Part shown: positions 24,157-34,939 of the stretch, piece by piece
Position numbering within the stretch: position 1 is the stretch's first letter
Layout: each line of letters begins with the position of its first letter
Assembly (NCBI GenBank): GCA_020184695.1
Contig: JAANOX010000245.1
Location: 1 to 64,000, forward strand
Length of the DNA stretch: 64,000 nt
Source: Histomonas meleagridis 2922-C6/04-290x
Taxonomy: Eukaryota > Protista > Parabasalia
Direction of reading: 5' to 3'
Program-made: the position numbers and the translations under genes
The notes under the pieces: generated by a model
Seen by the model: the letters and a program-made list of their open reading frames with translations, nothing else
The model's database searches: none
What the model was told of the DNA's origin: nothing

Positions 24157-25443
24157 ATGAATAAACATTTCAAATAAAAGTCAGCTAATTTTGGGAAAGA
24201 AGAAAAATTGAAACCAAAAGAAGAAAACAAAAAATTCAACAAAAGCACAAAATTTTCCTCTGATCTAGATCAGCAAAAAATTCAACTTTCACGCAAAGCA
24301 AGTGATCTTAAAAAACATGTTTCTGAATTAAGCACTTCAATATCACAATTTACGTCTGTAAATCAATCACTTAATAATTTTCTTGATTCGAATATATCCC
24401 AACTCCAGAGCCTCCTCTTAAAACTTGATAAACGAGACTCATTATTGATGGACAGTACAAATAGGCTTGCTGAAGAAGCTCAACGTCTACAATTTGAACA
24501 AACAGGTTTATTGCAATCAATTGATCAAATCAAAAATTTTTCGTCTCAACATCAAGATGAAATGTACAATATTACAAAATCCATAAAAGCGATCAAAGAC
24601 GAGATTAAAACGTATCGATCGAGCATCGAAGAAATGGAAATACAATCACTTCAAAATCGAATTTCTCTTCTTAGCTTAAAAGATCGTCAATCTGATCTTC
24701 ACCATCAAATCTCTTCTCTTCAAAAGCCTACTAAAAGTAATATAAATCGCTCTGATGTAATAAAATTAAATCGGCAAAACAGTGAAACTATTTTAATTTC
24801 AAATCTTAATTCAACCATTCGATCAAACATCGAGCAAGAAAAGGAAAAATTGCAAAAGTTACGTAAAAAATATTTAAAACTTGAAAACAAACTTCACGAA
24901 ATAAAACAACAAAAAGAAACAATTTCAAAATTCGTAAATAACAATTCATTAAACTATCAAACAAATTATTCAGAAACATTAAAAAATGATAAATTACTTC
25001 TCGAAATACTTCAACAACGAATCAATGAAGAGACCGAAACGAAATTTGATTTATATAATAAAAATAATAAAAGTTTTAATGAAAATGTTTTTCGGTATAA
25101 TAATATTTGCGAAAAGAAAAAAGAAAATATTAAACGAATAAAAACAAAAATAATTTCGATTTGTAACGAAATTAATAATAAAAAAGAAATTATTAAGACA
25201 AAGAAAAAAGAAATTTTATTTAATGTAATTCGTCATAAGTCAAATGTTTCGGCTTTAAAAAATTATAGGGAAAAATGTATGGAAAGAACAAAAGATGAAA
25301 TTGAAGAAATGACAAAAATAATAAATTATAAAAAGAAGAACATAGAAGAACAAAAGAAAAAATTGCATAAAAAGTTTTGCGAACTAAAACAGAAAGAATT
25401 TGAAGCTCAAAAAATTTTTTTAGCTCACATTAATTGTTTTTAA
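24157..25443 (+). CDS. Coiled-coil protein; 5' end uncertain
   Basis: 411-aa heptad-rich ORF from TTG 24208. The nearest in-frame ATG (24157) is cut off by TAA 24175-24177, so either a downstream ATG is used or it is a pseudogene. Confidence 0.6.
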
Positions 25444-25558
25444 TTTTTAAATAAATTTTATCTTTCTAATCTTTTAATATTTAGTTAATTTGATAATTAT
25501 ACCAATGAATTTTTGAGCTTTGGAAGAGTTTATTTATCTTTTTCATTTAGTGATTCTG

Positions 25559-26638
25559 TTAAACTTTAGTTTCAGAAATGCTCTCTTTTTCTTGCAATAT
25601 TAATACATTGCTTTTTTCATCTGTATTTTCTTTACTTTCTAAACCATTACCAAAATCTGTTTCAAATGATATGAACCTCCTTTGACATGGATGTAGACAT
25701 CTTACAAGAGAGATTATTGAGATAACTACAATTGGAATACAACAAGATATTCCAATTAAAGCTTTATAATTATTTTTCGTTTTAACAACCTCATTTTTAT
25801 CTAATAGTAAATAAACTTCTATAGATGAATTATTTTCTATATTTTCATGAGGTTTTAAATCATTATATTTTTTAAGAATTGATGAATCTGTTGGTTGTAT
25901 TGAAGAAGAGGGAGAAATTATTCTTTTCTTCATCATTTCTAAAGGAATATAATTAAAGCATTCTTTAAGCACTAAACCTTGAGTTGCAGTAAGTTTCCAA
26001 AACATTTCATTTTGGTATGAATTGGTTGTCATTACTGCATTTGCTTCCACACCTATAAAAGATGTGTCATGTATTTTTGGCTCAAATTTTCCATTAAATA
26101 AGATACATATTAAACTTTTACAATTATAAAAAGCGTTTTTATCAATTGTTACAACTTGCTTCCCTATATATACAAATTTCAAAGAAATACAATTCATAAA
26201 TGTGGACTCATGTATTGCTTTAGCTTGATTTGAGAAAGAAAATTCTTTAATACCAAAACAATTATAAAATGCTGATTTTAAAACAATATGAGGTCTTTTT
26301 CGTATATTTAAGGAAGTTAATTTGATACAATTAAAGAATGCAGATTCTCCTATATAAGTAATTAATTTACCTATATTTACAGTATGAAGATTACTACAAT
26401 TAGCAAATGCAAAATCTCTAATTTTAGTTACTGAAATTAAATTTGCTTGTTCAAGTAATGTCCAATTTGCGAATGCTTCTGTTCCTATAACTACTTCGTT
26501 ATATGAAAAATTTATACATTTTCTTGAGTTACGAGTAAATGAATCTTTGTGAATAATAGGCTCTTTTGAAATTTTGCTATAGCATTTTGAATATCTATGA
26601 ACAGCATAAAAGGAAACCAAATGGAGTTGAATAATCAT
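25559..26638 (-). CDS. BspA-like (TpLRR) leucine-rich-repeat membrane protein
   Basis: Repeats such as IRDFAFANCSNLHTVNIG and IGESAFFNCIKLTSL; C-terminal TM (ALIGISCCIPIVVISIISLV). Confidence 0.85.
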   Translation of the reverse strand: MIIQLHLVSFYAVHRYSKCYSKISKEPIIHKDSFTRNSRKCINFSYNEVVIGTEAFANWTLLEQANLISVTKIRDFAFANCSNLHTVNIGKLITYIGESAFFNCIKLTSLNIRKRPHIVLKSAFYNCFGIKEFSFSNQAKAIHESTFMNCISLKFVYIGKQVVTIDKNAFYNCKSLICILFNGKFEPKIHDTSFIGVEANAVMTTNSYQNEMFWKLTATQGLVLKECFNYIPLEMMKKRIISPSSSIQPTDSSILKKYNDLKPHENIENNSSIEVYLLLDKNEVVKTKNNYKALIGISCCIPIVVISIISLVRCLHPCQRRFISFETDFGNGLESKENTDEKSNVLILQEKESISETKV

Positions 26639-27013
26639 ATTAATCTATTTTACTAAATATTGTTTTATTACCTTGAATGAATATTCAAATTGACAATATA
26701 ATAATGTATCTTTATAGTTTAATAAAAAATGCATAAATTTACTATGCTTAAGTACTCTTTTCAAGCAAACTTAAACTTTATTAAACTTAAATTCTAGTAG
26801 AATTCTAATTTAAATGAACCTTGGCAAAATATTAAGTTATGATTCAAGAACAAATCCGAACAACTTTCAATAAATCGTATTAAAATTATACAAATTATCA
26901 TCCGAAAACAAAACAACAAATTAACAAAAAGTTTATTTTAACATAAAAACATGTAAATTTTTTATTTTACGCTCTATATATTACCACAATTTCACTTCTT
27001 TCTCTGATGAAAT

Positions 27014-29257
27014 TTATGTTTTCTTTTTCTTTTCTTTGCTTTTGTTACTCTGTTCATCGCTTTCTTTTTCGTTAACATTTTCTTTCTCATCTTTATCTTC
27101 ACTTTCTTTTTCTTTATCATTTTCATTTGACTTTTTCTTGTTTTTTTCTTTTTTCTTTTCGTTTTGACTTTCATTGTAATCATTGTCTTTGGTTTCATCA
27201 TTCTCTTTTACATCTTGTTTACTTTTGTCTTTTTTATCTTTTTTCTTCTCTTTTTCGTTTTCACTTTCATTGTCATCATTGTCTTTGGTTTCATCATTCT
27301 CTTTTACATTTTGTTTACTTTTGTCTTTTTTGTTTTTATTTTCATTTTCATTTTCGCTATCTTTTCTCTTTTGTTTCTCTTTTTTCTTTTCGTTTTCACT
27401 TTCATTGTCATCATTGTCTTTGGTTTTATCATTCTCTTTTACATTTTGTTTAGTTTTGTCTTTTTTATCTTTTTTCTTCTCTTTTTCGTTTTCGCTTTCT
27501 TCTTCATTTTCATTCTCTTTTACATTTTGTTTACTTTTGTCTTTTTTATCTTTTTTCTTCTCTTTTTCGTTTTCGCTTTCTTCTTCATCTTTATTTTGCT
27601 TGCGTTCATTTTCTTTATTTTTCTCTTTTCGTGTTTTCATTTTTGGTGTTTTCTTTGCTTTAACTTCTGGAAATACAATTTTCGGCTCATTTTCGTCATA
27701 CGTCAATTTCATATTTACTGGAATCGTTAAATTGTTCACTTCCAGTTTCACTGATACCTTTTGCGGCGGCTTGTGCTCATATTCCTCTTCCTCGCCTTCG
27801 CTTCCACTTTCACTTTCTTCTTCATCAGAAACTTCGGCATCTTTTCCATCGATTTTATTAAGTCTTTCTTCTGCATCTTTTAACTTTTCTTTTAATATTT
27901 TTAACTTATCATTTAACTCATTTAATTCATTTTCGTTTTCATTTTCATTTTCTTCATTTTCTTTTTCATTTTCTAATTCATTTAATCGATCAATGCACCA
28001 TTTAATTCTTTTTTCGGACGAAACAATTCTTTTCATGAAACTAATTTCCCCATTAATTTCATTATTAATGTCTTCAATTTTATTTGTTATAATATTTTGT
28101 ATCTTTAAATTATTGCCATTAAATAACTTCCAATCATTTTCAAGCATTGAAATCATCGCATTAGAAAAGTTTCGAAGTGATTCAATATCATCATTAAATC
28201 CTTTCGTTACCCATTCAGAATCATCTTTTTCATCATCATCAATACAACTTAAGTTTCCTTTGATTTCATCATATAAACCGTTAATTTTCGATTCAATTTT
28301 GTTAAGTTTTACGTTAATTTCGGTTTTTCTTAGGTTTATTTTATCTTCAATTGCTTTGAATGATTTCTCCAACGATTTAACTTGCTCATCAATTGTTTGT
28401 TGTTGTTCTTTTATGTTGCTAACAGTACTTTGGGAATTGGAAAGCTTCATTGTGACAAAACTAAAAAATTGTTCAATATTACTTGAAAATAATGAAATGC
28501 TCATCGAAGCTTCTTCACGAATATTCGATATGTCTTGCGGAAGATCATTTTTGAAGTAAGCATCAAACTCATGACGAAGATTTTGTAAATTAGTTTGAAT
28601 GGCATTTTGTGAAATAGAATTTTCGATTGACGAATTTGAAGATTTTTCAATAGAGGACAACTTGGTTTCAATCTCATCAAGCCTTAACTGAAGTGGATCA
28701 AGTTTGCTTTTGGTAGAAGAGAGAAATTCGCTTCTGTCTTGAAATGACTCATTTGAAAGTTCAGATATTCGATCAATTTGTTCATGAAAATTTGCTATTT
28801 CCTTATTAATTGAATCGGATTCATGGTCAAGACGAGAACGTTCTTTTTTAAGTTCTTCAATAAAGATATCTAATTTGGAATTTGCATCAGTTTGAATAAT
28901 TTGATCAAACTTTGCTTGAACTTCATTGCTTTTTGCTTGTAATTTTGTCGCAAACAATGTGTCTATTTGACTTATTTTTTGATTTAAATCATCAATTTGT
29001 TTTTGAATGAAATTGTTTTGACGCTCAATGTTTTGAATCTTTGGCTCACTTTCACGAGTTAATAATGTTATGCGTGAATCAAGCTTTTGAATTTCTCGAT
29101 CTTGCTCACTTTGAATTGCTTGAATTTGACCAATGATTGTAGTTTTCATTCTTTGTGTTTCTAATGCTGGGTTCCTTGTTGGAGACATGTTTAATTGATA
29201 TGGATTTGCATTTGGTTTTAATGGTGGCAATTCTGATGCAATTTTCATTAAAAACAC
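27014..29257 (-). CDS. Long coiled-coil protein with tandem K/E/N/D-rich C-terminal repeats
   Basis: 747-aa ORF; repeated ESENEKEKKKDKKDKSKQNVKEND units at about 27050-27620. Confidence 0.8.
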   Translation of the reverse strand: MFLMKIASELPPLKPNANPYQLNMSPTRNPALETQRMKTTIIGQIQAIQSEQDREIQKLDSRITLLTRESEPKIQNIERQNNFIQKQIDDLNQKISQIDTLFATKLQAKSNEVQAKFDQIIQTDANSKLDIFIEELKKERSRLDHESDSINKEIANFHEQIDRISELSNESFQDRSEFLSSTKSKLDPLQLRLDEIETKLSSIEKSSNSSIENSISQNAIQTNLQNLRHEFDAYFKNDLPQDISNIREEASMSISLFSSNIEQFFSFVTMKLSNSQSTVSNIKEQQQTIDEQVKSLEKSFKAIEDKINLRKTEINVKLNKIESKINGLYDEIKGNLSCIDDDEKDDSEWVTKGFNDDIESLRNFSNAMISMLENDWKLFNGNNLKIQNIITNKIEDINNEINGEISFMKRIVSSEKRIKWCIDRLNELENEKENEENENENENELNELNDKLKILKEKLKDAEERLNKIDGKDAEVSDEEESESGSEGEEEEYEHKPPQKVSVKLEVNNLTIPVNMKLTYDENEPKIVFPEVKAKKTPKMKTRKEKNKENERKQNKDEEESENEKEKKKDKKDKSKQNVKENENEEESENEKEKKKDKKDKTKQNVKENDKTKDNDDNESENEKKKEKQKRKDSENENENKNKKDKSKQNVKENDETKDNDDNESENEKEKKKDKKDKSKQDVKENDETKDNDYNESQNEKKKEKNKKKSNENDKEKESEDKDEKENVNEKESDEQSNKSKEKKKKT

Positions 29258-29493
29258 GTTATTATTGGAGAACGTTTAACAATAATATGGAAATAAAAAT
29301 CAATATAAAACCAGTTTTCCCTAAAAAATAGTGAACATATAGATATATTAAATTGTAGTAAAATGGAATTTAACATTTCTCCTCAAAAATTATAAATTTT
29401 AAAATTTATGAGTATTAAATTCCACTTGTACTTAAGTTTATTAAATTCCATAAGCACGTCTTAAAATAAAAACAGATATTTTGAATGCAAAGT

Positions 29494-30150
29494 TTATTTT
29501 GATTTCCTTCTACATAAGAAGCTTATAGTCAATAGAATTGCGTTGGATACGATCAAAAATCCCAATATAAGTAATTCGACTTCATCACTCATTTTGATAA
29601 TAATTCTATCCTCATACACCGAAATGTCACTGGTGAATCGGATTGAAAGTGCCAAAAGTTCCATATCTGTAATTTGTGGTTCTAAGCTTTCTCCAAGTTC
29701 TTGAAGTGTTTGCATCTGCTTTGACCTTACAACTCTTCTAATGCTTTGTGAAAGGTTGTATGCCTTTTCTTCATATGAATTTGGAGCAATGCAAATTCCT
29801 TTTTTGCGTACTTCACCTACTTTACACCTCGGAACTACAATATAATTTGTAATAACCTTTGCAGAGAAAAGTGTGAATGAAAGAAAAGTAAAAATTAAAA
29901 TAGGATAAAAAACAAAAGAACTTGAAAATATCTTAGAACAAAATCCGAGAGTAGCTCGATATCTTTGAACGAGTTTTCCTGGCTTTTTTGCGGAGTGTAA
30001 TGGTGTTGCTTTTGGACTTGTGTATGGTTTCTTTGGATTTCTAGCTGAAGCTGGTGTTTGTGGTGATATCTTTCTTGGAGAAGCCACTGCGCTTACTTCT
30101 GAAGAGGTATCATCGAATAATTTTGAAAGATGAGCTGGAGTTCTTTGCAT
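29494..30150 (-). CDS. Two-TM hypothetical membrane protein
   Basis: S/P/K-rich N-terminus, two hydrophobic segments flanking a Cys-containing loop. The topology is reminiscent of inner nuclear membrane proteins (inference). Confidence 0.7.
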   Translation of the reverse strand: MQRTPAHLSKLFDDTSSEVSAVASPRKISPQTPASARNPKKPYTSPKATPLHSAKKPGKLVQRYRATLGFCSKIFSSSFVFYPILIFTFLSFTLFSAKVITNYIVVPRCKVGEVRKKGICIAPNSYEEKAYNLSQSIRRVVRSKQMQTLQELGESLEPQITDMELLALSIRFTSDISVYEDRIIIKMSDEVELLILGFLIVSNAILLTISFLCRRKSK

Positions 30151-30229
30151 TTAAACTTTTTTGGATCGCGCGGTTTTTACGACCGTTAATTTTCAATGCG
30201 ATAATTGGCCGATACCAAAGTAACATAAG

Positions 30230-30892
30230 ATGCTTTCCCTGCATAACCCTCACCAATCTTTCCTAAGGGCATTTGCCAACCAGTGCAAAGAAGTGTGCTG
30301 TTGGAATTGCCATTTGCAACAACCACATAAGGATTGCGAGTTCTTTTGTAAAAATTGTCATAAATTATTGCCTGCAAAATTCGAAAATTATTTCTCATTG
30401 TTTAATCAACCAAAAACTTACGATATTGACCTGGCTAAGCTAGAAAAGGCATACAAAGCTTATCAACGTCAAGTTCATCCTGACCGATTTTTCCAATCTT
30501 CGGAATTTGAAATGAAAAATGCTGACAATGTTTCGTGTTGTGTGAATGATGGATACAAAACATTAAAAGATCCAATTAAAAGAGCAGAATACATCCTTGA
30601 ATTATTTAAGAAAAAAACTGTTGTAGATGTCCCACCCGATTTCTTAATGGAAGTTTTAGATATACATGAACAGATTTCGGCAACAAGTAAATCTCCTGTT
30701 CTAAAGCAATTACTTGATCAAGTGGATCAGATTTTCAATGATGAAAGCGGAAAATTATCAAAGTCACTCAAAATCATTGACGACAAGCAAGTTTCGAACC
30801 CAGAAGGTGCAGCAAAGAGCATTGCAAAGTTGAAATATTTGAATCGTATTCGGAACATGATTCATGAAAAGCTTCCTCTTGCAAGTGAATAG
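30230..30892 (+). CDS. HSCB: Hydrogenosomal Fe-S cluster co-chaperone HscB/Jac1
   Basis: ML-start presequence ending RAFA, CWNC...CKNC Zn site, J-domain HPD (QVHPDRF), NDGYKTLKDPIKRAEYIL, FLMEVLDIHE. Confidence 0.92.
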   Translation: MLSLHNPHQSFLRAFANQCKEVCCWNCHLQQPHKDCEFFCKNCHKLLPAKFENYFSLFNQPKTYDIDLAKLEKAYKAYQRQVHPDRFFQSSEFEMKNADNVSCCVNDGYKTLKDPIKRAEYILELFKKKTVVDVPPDFLMEVLDIHEQISATSKSPVLKQLLDQVDQIFNDESGKLSKSLKIIDDKQVSNPEGAAKSIAKLKYLNRIRNMIHEKLPLASE

Positions 30893-31447
30893 AATAAAGT
30901 GACTAAGTTTTATTTTCATATATGTACATAAAATCAATGAAATGTGTAAAAAAATTTTTTTGTCGCTGGTTAACGTTATTTAATGTAAAATCTTCATTCA
31001 AATACTGAAACGTATTTTTATTTAAAAATTTGTTAGAAACGATGTTGGCTTTGATTGGTTTACATATCAATTGAACGTTTTTTTGCTCATCAAACAGTCA
31101 ATTTTATGATCGGTGAAAAAATATTCTTCATTGACATATTGGTTTTTTGGACATTGCCACGATAATTTAAAGCATTTTTCATGTCAAAAGAAAATCTTGC
31201 TTAATTATTTATTTGTTCGGTAATATGGTATATTAATTACTAATTTTTTTATATAAAATAATGAACCTATATTATAGAATTTTCAAAGGGATATATAAAA
31301 ACACATTAAATATATTATGTAAACATTTCATTCTTTTGCGTAAAATAATTCTTGGCGAAAATCTTCATTGTTGATTAAAATTTTCAATTGATATTTGGCC
31401 GAAATAACCGTTTTATTCAAATCTGTGTGAAAAAGCTCAGGCAACCA

Positions 31448-32497
31448 ATGAGCAACGAGCAAAACCCTTTTGATTTTTCCTACCAAGGACTACCGAACAC
31501 AGCTAACAACTCCGATGACTTCACAAATGCTTTTTTTGGTGCAGATGATTCTGGTTTTAATCAAGATGATTTCCAATTTTCTTTCGATAACGAACCAATA
31601 TCAGACAATTTTTTCGATTTTGATGGCGGACATACAGAAACAGTAACCAGTGATTCACATGTTGAAGTTAATCCTTTTTCATTTAATCTTCAACAAAACA
31701 AGTATCTTGAAGACTTCACACCAATTCAACAAACACAAGATTTTGGTTTTTGGGGTAACACAAGTCAACCAACAGCTCCAGGTCATAAACGTACCTCTTC
31801 TCGAACAGATTCATTTAGTCCAGATACTACTTTTGAACAACCCAAACAACAACCACGAAACCACCGAACGAAGACAGCACCTATACCAGGTTTTAAACAG
31901 AGTTCACATCGCAAAGATTTTTTCGAAGTTGGACAAAATGCGCATGCAATATCTTTACCGAACAAGACGGAAGAAGACAGAAAATTTGCTGAGCTCTGCC
32001 ATGATGAGACAGTACAGATTAATCCATTTCAAATTGGGTTTATTCCACATAATTATTTTCGAAATCAATTTTACACATTTGGGAACATAGTTGGTGATTA
32101 CTTCCAAAAGAAGAACAATCCCAACTGTCGATTTCTTCACAAGCTTTATAACGCCATTAAGCTTGGGGAAGCATATCCTGAATATTTGATATATGTTGGT
32201 ATTTCATGGATATCTAATGAAGTTATCCAAGTCTCCAAGTACAGATTCGCACGTCTTTTAGGGATAAAGACGATTGACGGGTCATTGTTTCATCGCCAAG
32301 GAAACTTTCCTTCGTTCGGATTCACGGAGCTTTCCGGCGAGGAAATCATCCGTGAATTTGGCAGTCAAAAATTGAATAGCATGGATTGTGACGTGGATAA
32401 ACTATTGAAACACGAGGAAGGAATATTCGTTCGAAACGGAAACATACAACAAATACTCGAAATGTGTAAATGGAAAAGTAGTAAAGTTCGTGACTAA
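31448..32497 (+). CDS. Initiator-binding-domain (IBP39-like) family protein
   Basis: C-terminal HKLYNAIKL...VGISWISNEVIQVSKYRFARLLGIKTIDGSLFHRQGNFPSFGFTEL resembles, from recall, the trichomonad IBD family. First ATG is at 31448. Confidence 0.7.
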   Translation: MSNEQNPFDFSYQGLPNTANNSDDFTNAFFGADDSGFNQDDFQFSFDNEPISDNFFDFDGGHTETVTSDSHVEVNPFSFNLQQNKYLEDFTPIQQTQDFGFWGNTSQPTAPGHKRTSSRTDSFSPDTTFEQPKQQPRNHRTKTAPIPGFKQSSHRKDFFEVGQNAHAISLPNKTEEDRKFAELCHDETVQINPFQIGFIPHNYFRNQFYTFGNIVGDYFQKKNNPNCRFLHKLYNAIKLGEAYPEYLIYVGISWISNEVIQVSKYRFARLLGIKTIDGSLFHRQGNFPSFGFTELSGEEIIREFGSQKLNSMDCDVDKLLKHEEGIFVRNGNIQQILEMCKWKSSKVRD

Positions 32498-32641
32498 AAA
32501 AAAATATCGAAGAAAGTTGAATTTAATAAAATATGGTTAATGATTTGTTGATTTTGTTTTTGCAAAATAATATTGAAATCATTTAGTACAGATCTTGTTT
32601 TGTCATCTGGAAGTGGATGACTTCGTTGTTGGAAAAACAGT

Positions 32642-32926
32642 TTATGTGGAATCACATTTGTAACATAAGTAATGATCTTCTGGTTGATAATACTTATTAC
32701 AACATAAACTACAAAAAGTACCTCCACAGTTTCTACAAATACATGTGCAATTCGAACAAACATTCTTATGACATATGGGACAGGTATACGTGGGAACATA
32801 TTTTCGACACTTATAGCAGATATTAGGATTTTCTTTGTTATTTCGACTGCCGATAAACAATGTAAGGAGAGTTCGTTCACCTTCACATTCTTTATCAGTG
32901 GCTCTGACTTCACGAAAGGGGTCCAT
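32642..32926 (-). CDS. Small Cys-rich zinc-finger protein (Siva-like)
   Basis: CYKC, CPIC, CSNC, CRNC, CSLCC and CYKC pairs in 94 aa. Confidence 0.65.
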   Translation of the reverse strand: MDPFREVRATDKECEGERTLLTLFIGSRNNKENPNICYKCRKYVPTYTCPICHKNVCSNCTCICRNCGGTFCSLCCNKYYQPEDHYLCYKCDST

Positions 32927-33200
32927 CTATAGAAACCGTTAGTTGTGATTTTGGGGTGGTTCAAAGCCCTTGAAAAATGTAAATTAATGAATAAAAACAT
33001 TCAAAATGGAATTTTACTTTTAAAAAAGATTTTTTTTTCGCTTTCATTACAGAAAAATGGAATGTTTTGATATTTTAGATAATTTTTATCAATGTGTTGA
33101 ATAAAAAATTAATTTAATGATGTTCCTCAAGTAATTTAAGGATTTCTTTATTTCCCTTATTACATGCTAACACAGATGCTTCATTAAATAGTTTAAATAA

Positions 33201-33386
33201 TTTACGCATACCTTGAGTAGCAACAGCAGTAATTAGGGTGGTATTTACTTGATCACCTACGGAACCTTCACCGGAACCTGTATTAAATGTAATGTTTCCG
33301 GAACAATTATAAGTCTCATTAGAATACTTTACAGTCTTCAATGGACGTCCACGTGAATAACTACGTCTACGTAACCTACGAGGCAT
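33201..33386 (-). pseudogene. cap: CRESS virus capsid protein, N-terminal 62 codons, truncated at the insertion junction
   Basis: Arg-rich MPRRLRRRSYSRGR then PLKTVKYSNET...ITAVATQGMRK, as recalled for capsids of protist-infecting cressdnaviruses. The rest of ORF 33114-33386 is host ankyrin sequence. Confidence 0.75.
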
Positions 33387-33399
33387 AACAATAAAAAAT

Positions 33400-33744
33400 T
33401 TAATGTTGTGGGAGATTTATTAATTGAGGATGAATTAAATAGAAGGGTACATCCTTACGGCGACGATCATATCGGATGGCACCTATCGAAACGATTGGAA
33501 GTACAATAACCCAATTCTCAACCAACTGAGGATTCTCCTTAATAAAACCTTTAAGGAGTCCAACATTACTGAAATAAATGGACTTAACTTGTCCTTCGGA
33601 ATCTGGCATAAGACATGGAGCAGGTGGAGGTATTGAAAACGATTTTTCTTCATCATCTGATTGAATAACATCAGGACAAACATTATTAAAATCAAAATTG
33701 TCGTCGCTAAAGTCAAAATTATCAAAGGATTCTTCATATTCCAT
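33400..33744 (-). CDS. Viral accessory ORF of unknown function (114 aa, acidic N-terminus)
   Basis: Intact ORF between the intergenic region and cap, co-oriented with cap and ending 13 bp before the cap ATG. Confidence 0.6.
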   Translation of the reverse strand: MEYEESFDNFDFSDDNFDFNNVCPDVIQSDDEEKSFSIPPPAPCLMPDSEGQVKSIYFSNVGLLKGFIKENPQLVENWVIVLPIVSIGAIRYDRRRKDVPFYLIHPQLINLPQH

Positions 33745-33943
33745 GGATCTAAAAATATGTTTATTCCCACATAGTGTCGAGTTAGGAACTTGCTGTTGAC
33801 ATATGATATGAAATATCTTCGATATTTAATTATGTCAATTGAATACTTTATTTGAAAAAGTGGTGGTATAAATAAATTTAAAAAAAAATGACAAAAATTT
33901 GAAAATAAATGCCACAATTTGGCAGGACCATTTATTCAATTCA

Positions 33944-34939
33944 ATGGCGAGAAGAAGTGTTGAAGCACAAGAATCAGCCAGGAGAAGAGATATTGGTGAG
34001 TTACAAATTAATCAGGTTAACCCAGAAGCTCAAAGATGGATTGCAACTATTAACAATTATTCTGATGATCAGTATAACAGTGTCAAAATATTTATAACAA
34101 TGTGGTGCAGATATGGAATAGCAGGAAATAAAATTGCACCGACTACTCAAACTCCACACCTTCAATGTTATTTCCATTCAAAAAAGAGAATGAGAAAACA
34201 ATCAATATACGCTAAATTAGGTTTTAATAATTTATATCTTGAAGTTGCAAAAGGTACAGAGGATTCTAATATTCGTTATTGTAGAAAGGATAATAATTAT
34301 TTCGAGGATGGTAAATTACCTGCAACAGTTGAAAAAAAATTAGGAGAAGATGATTTTTATGGGCAAATGATGAAAGACATAAAGGAATTGTCAATTGAAG
34401 AATTAGATGCTAAATATCCTAAACAGATGATTCTTCATCGAAATCAAATTCTATCAGTTAGAAGAGATTCAATGTTAAGAAATGTTGCAATCAGAGGAAC
34501 TTATAATGGAGATTTACAAATAAAGAATTTATGGATTTTTGGTAAAGCAGGTATTGGAAAATCTAAATGGGTCCACCAAGTCTCACCACTGGAGATATAC
34601 CCAAAGGTATTTAATAAGTGGTGGGACGGGTATATATTGAATGATCATAAAATTGTCTGTATAGATGACTTCCCTTGGAAAGGGGATGCATTAACTCAAC
34701 ATATTAAAATTTGGGCAGACAGATATCCATTTTTAGGTGAAATAAAAGGAGGATCTATGGTAATTTATTCAGGTACATTTAGACTTATAATAACAAGTAA
34801 TCATAGTATTGATGAATGCTTTCAAAATGCTTCGGATGAAGATATTCAAGCTCTAAAACGTAGATTTAAAGAAGTGCAAATATTGGCTACTGACGATTTA
34901 TTCCTACAGTCAGTGGTAACTTTTGAAATGATTCAGTAA
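33944..34939 (+). CDS. rep: CRESS-DNA virus replication initiator Rep (HUH endonuclease + SF3 helicase), intact, 331 aa
   Basis: Motif I WIATINN, motif II PHLQ, motif III YCRK, Walker A GKAGIGKS, KWWDGY, Walker B IDDF, motif C ITSN, Arg finger ALKRRF. ATG 33944 is preceded by Inr-like TCAAT/TTCA. Confidence 0.95.
   Translation: MARRSVEAQESARRRDIGELQINQVNPEAQRWIATINNYSDDQYNSVKIFITMWCRYGIAGNKIAPTTQTPHLQCYFHSKKRMRKQSIYAKLGFNNLYLEVAKGTEDSNIRYCRKDNNYFEDGKLPATVEKKLGEDDFYGQMMKDIKELSIEELDAKYPKQMILHRNQILSVRRDSMLRNVAIRGTYNGDLQIKNLWIFGKAGIGKSKWVHQVSPLEIYPKVFNKWWDGYILNDHKIVCIDDFPWKGDALTQHIKIWADRYPFLGEIKGGSMVIYSGTFRLIITSNHSIDECFQNASDEDIQALKRRFKEVQILATDDLFLQSVVTFEMIQ

Noticed and set aside
2439-25443. Alternative genetic code (TAA read as sense) suggested by repeated in-frame TAA at 2727, 3774, 17339, 20273 and 24175
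   Set aside because: Conserved genes (RPS13, NEK, CLU, BBS8) end in TAA. The implied residues are inconsistent (Leu expected in the mariner), and the affected genes lie mainly in decayed regions.
20817-28559. Many long F/L/S-rich plus-strand ORFs (e.g. 22110-22742, 27127-28559)
   Set aside because: Antisense shadows of the K/E/Q-rich repeats of the NEK and coiled-coil genes.
33114-33386. 90-aa Cap-ankyrin fusion ORF as a genuine novel gene
   Set aside because: The fusion point coincides with the insertion junction, so an in-frame join is probably accidental. Only expression data could revive it.
33483-34097. Overlapping ORFs 33483-33917 and 33909-34097 in the viral block
   Set aside because: They use non-ATG starts or alternative frames, cross the intergenic region and show no motifs.
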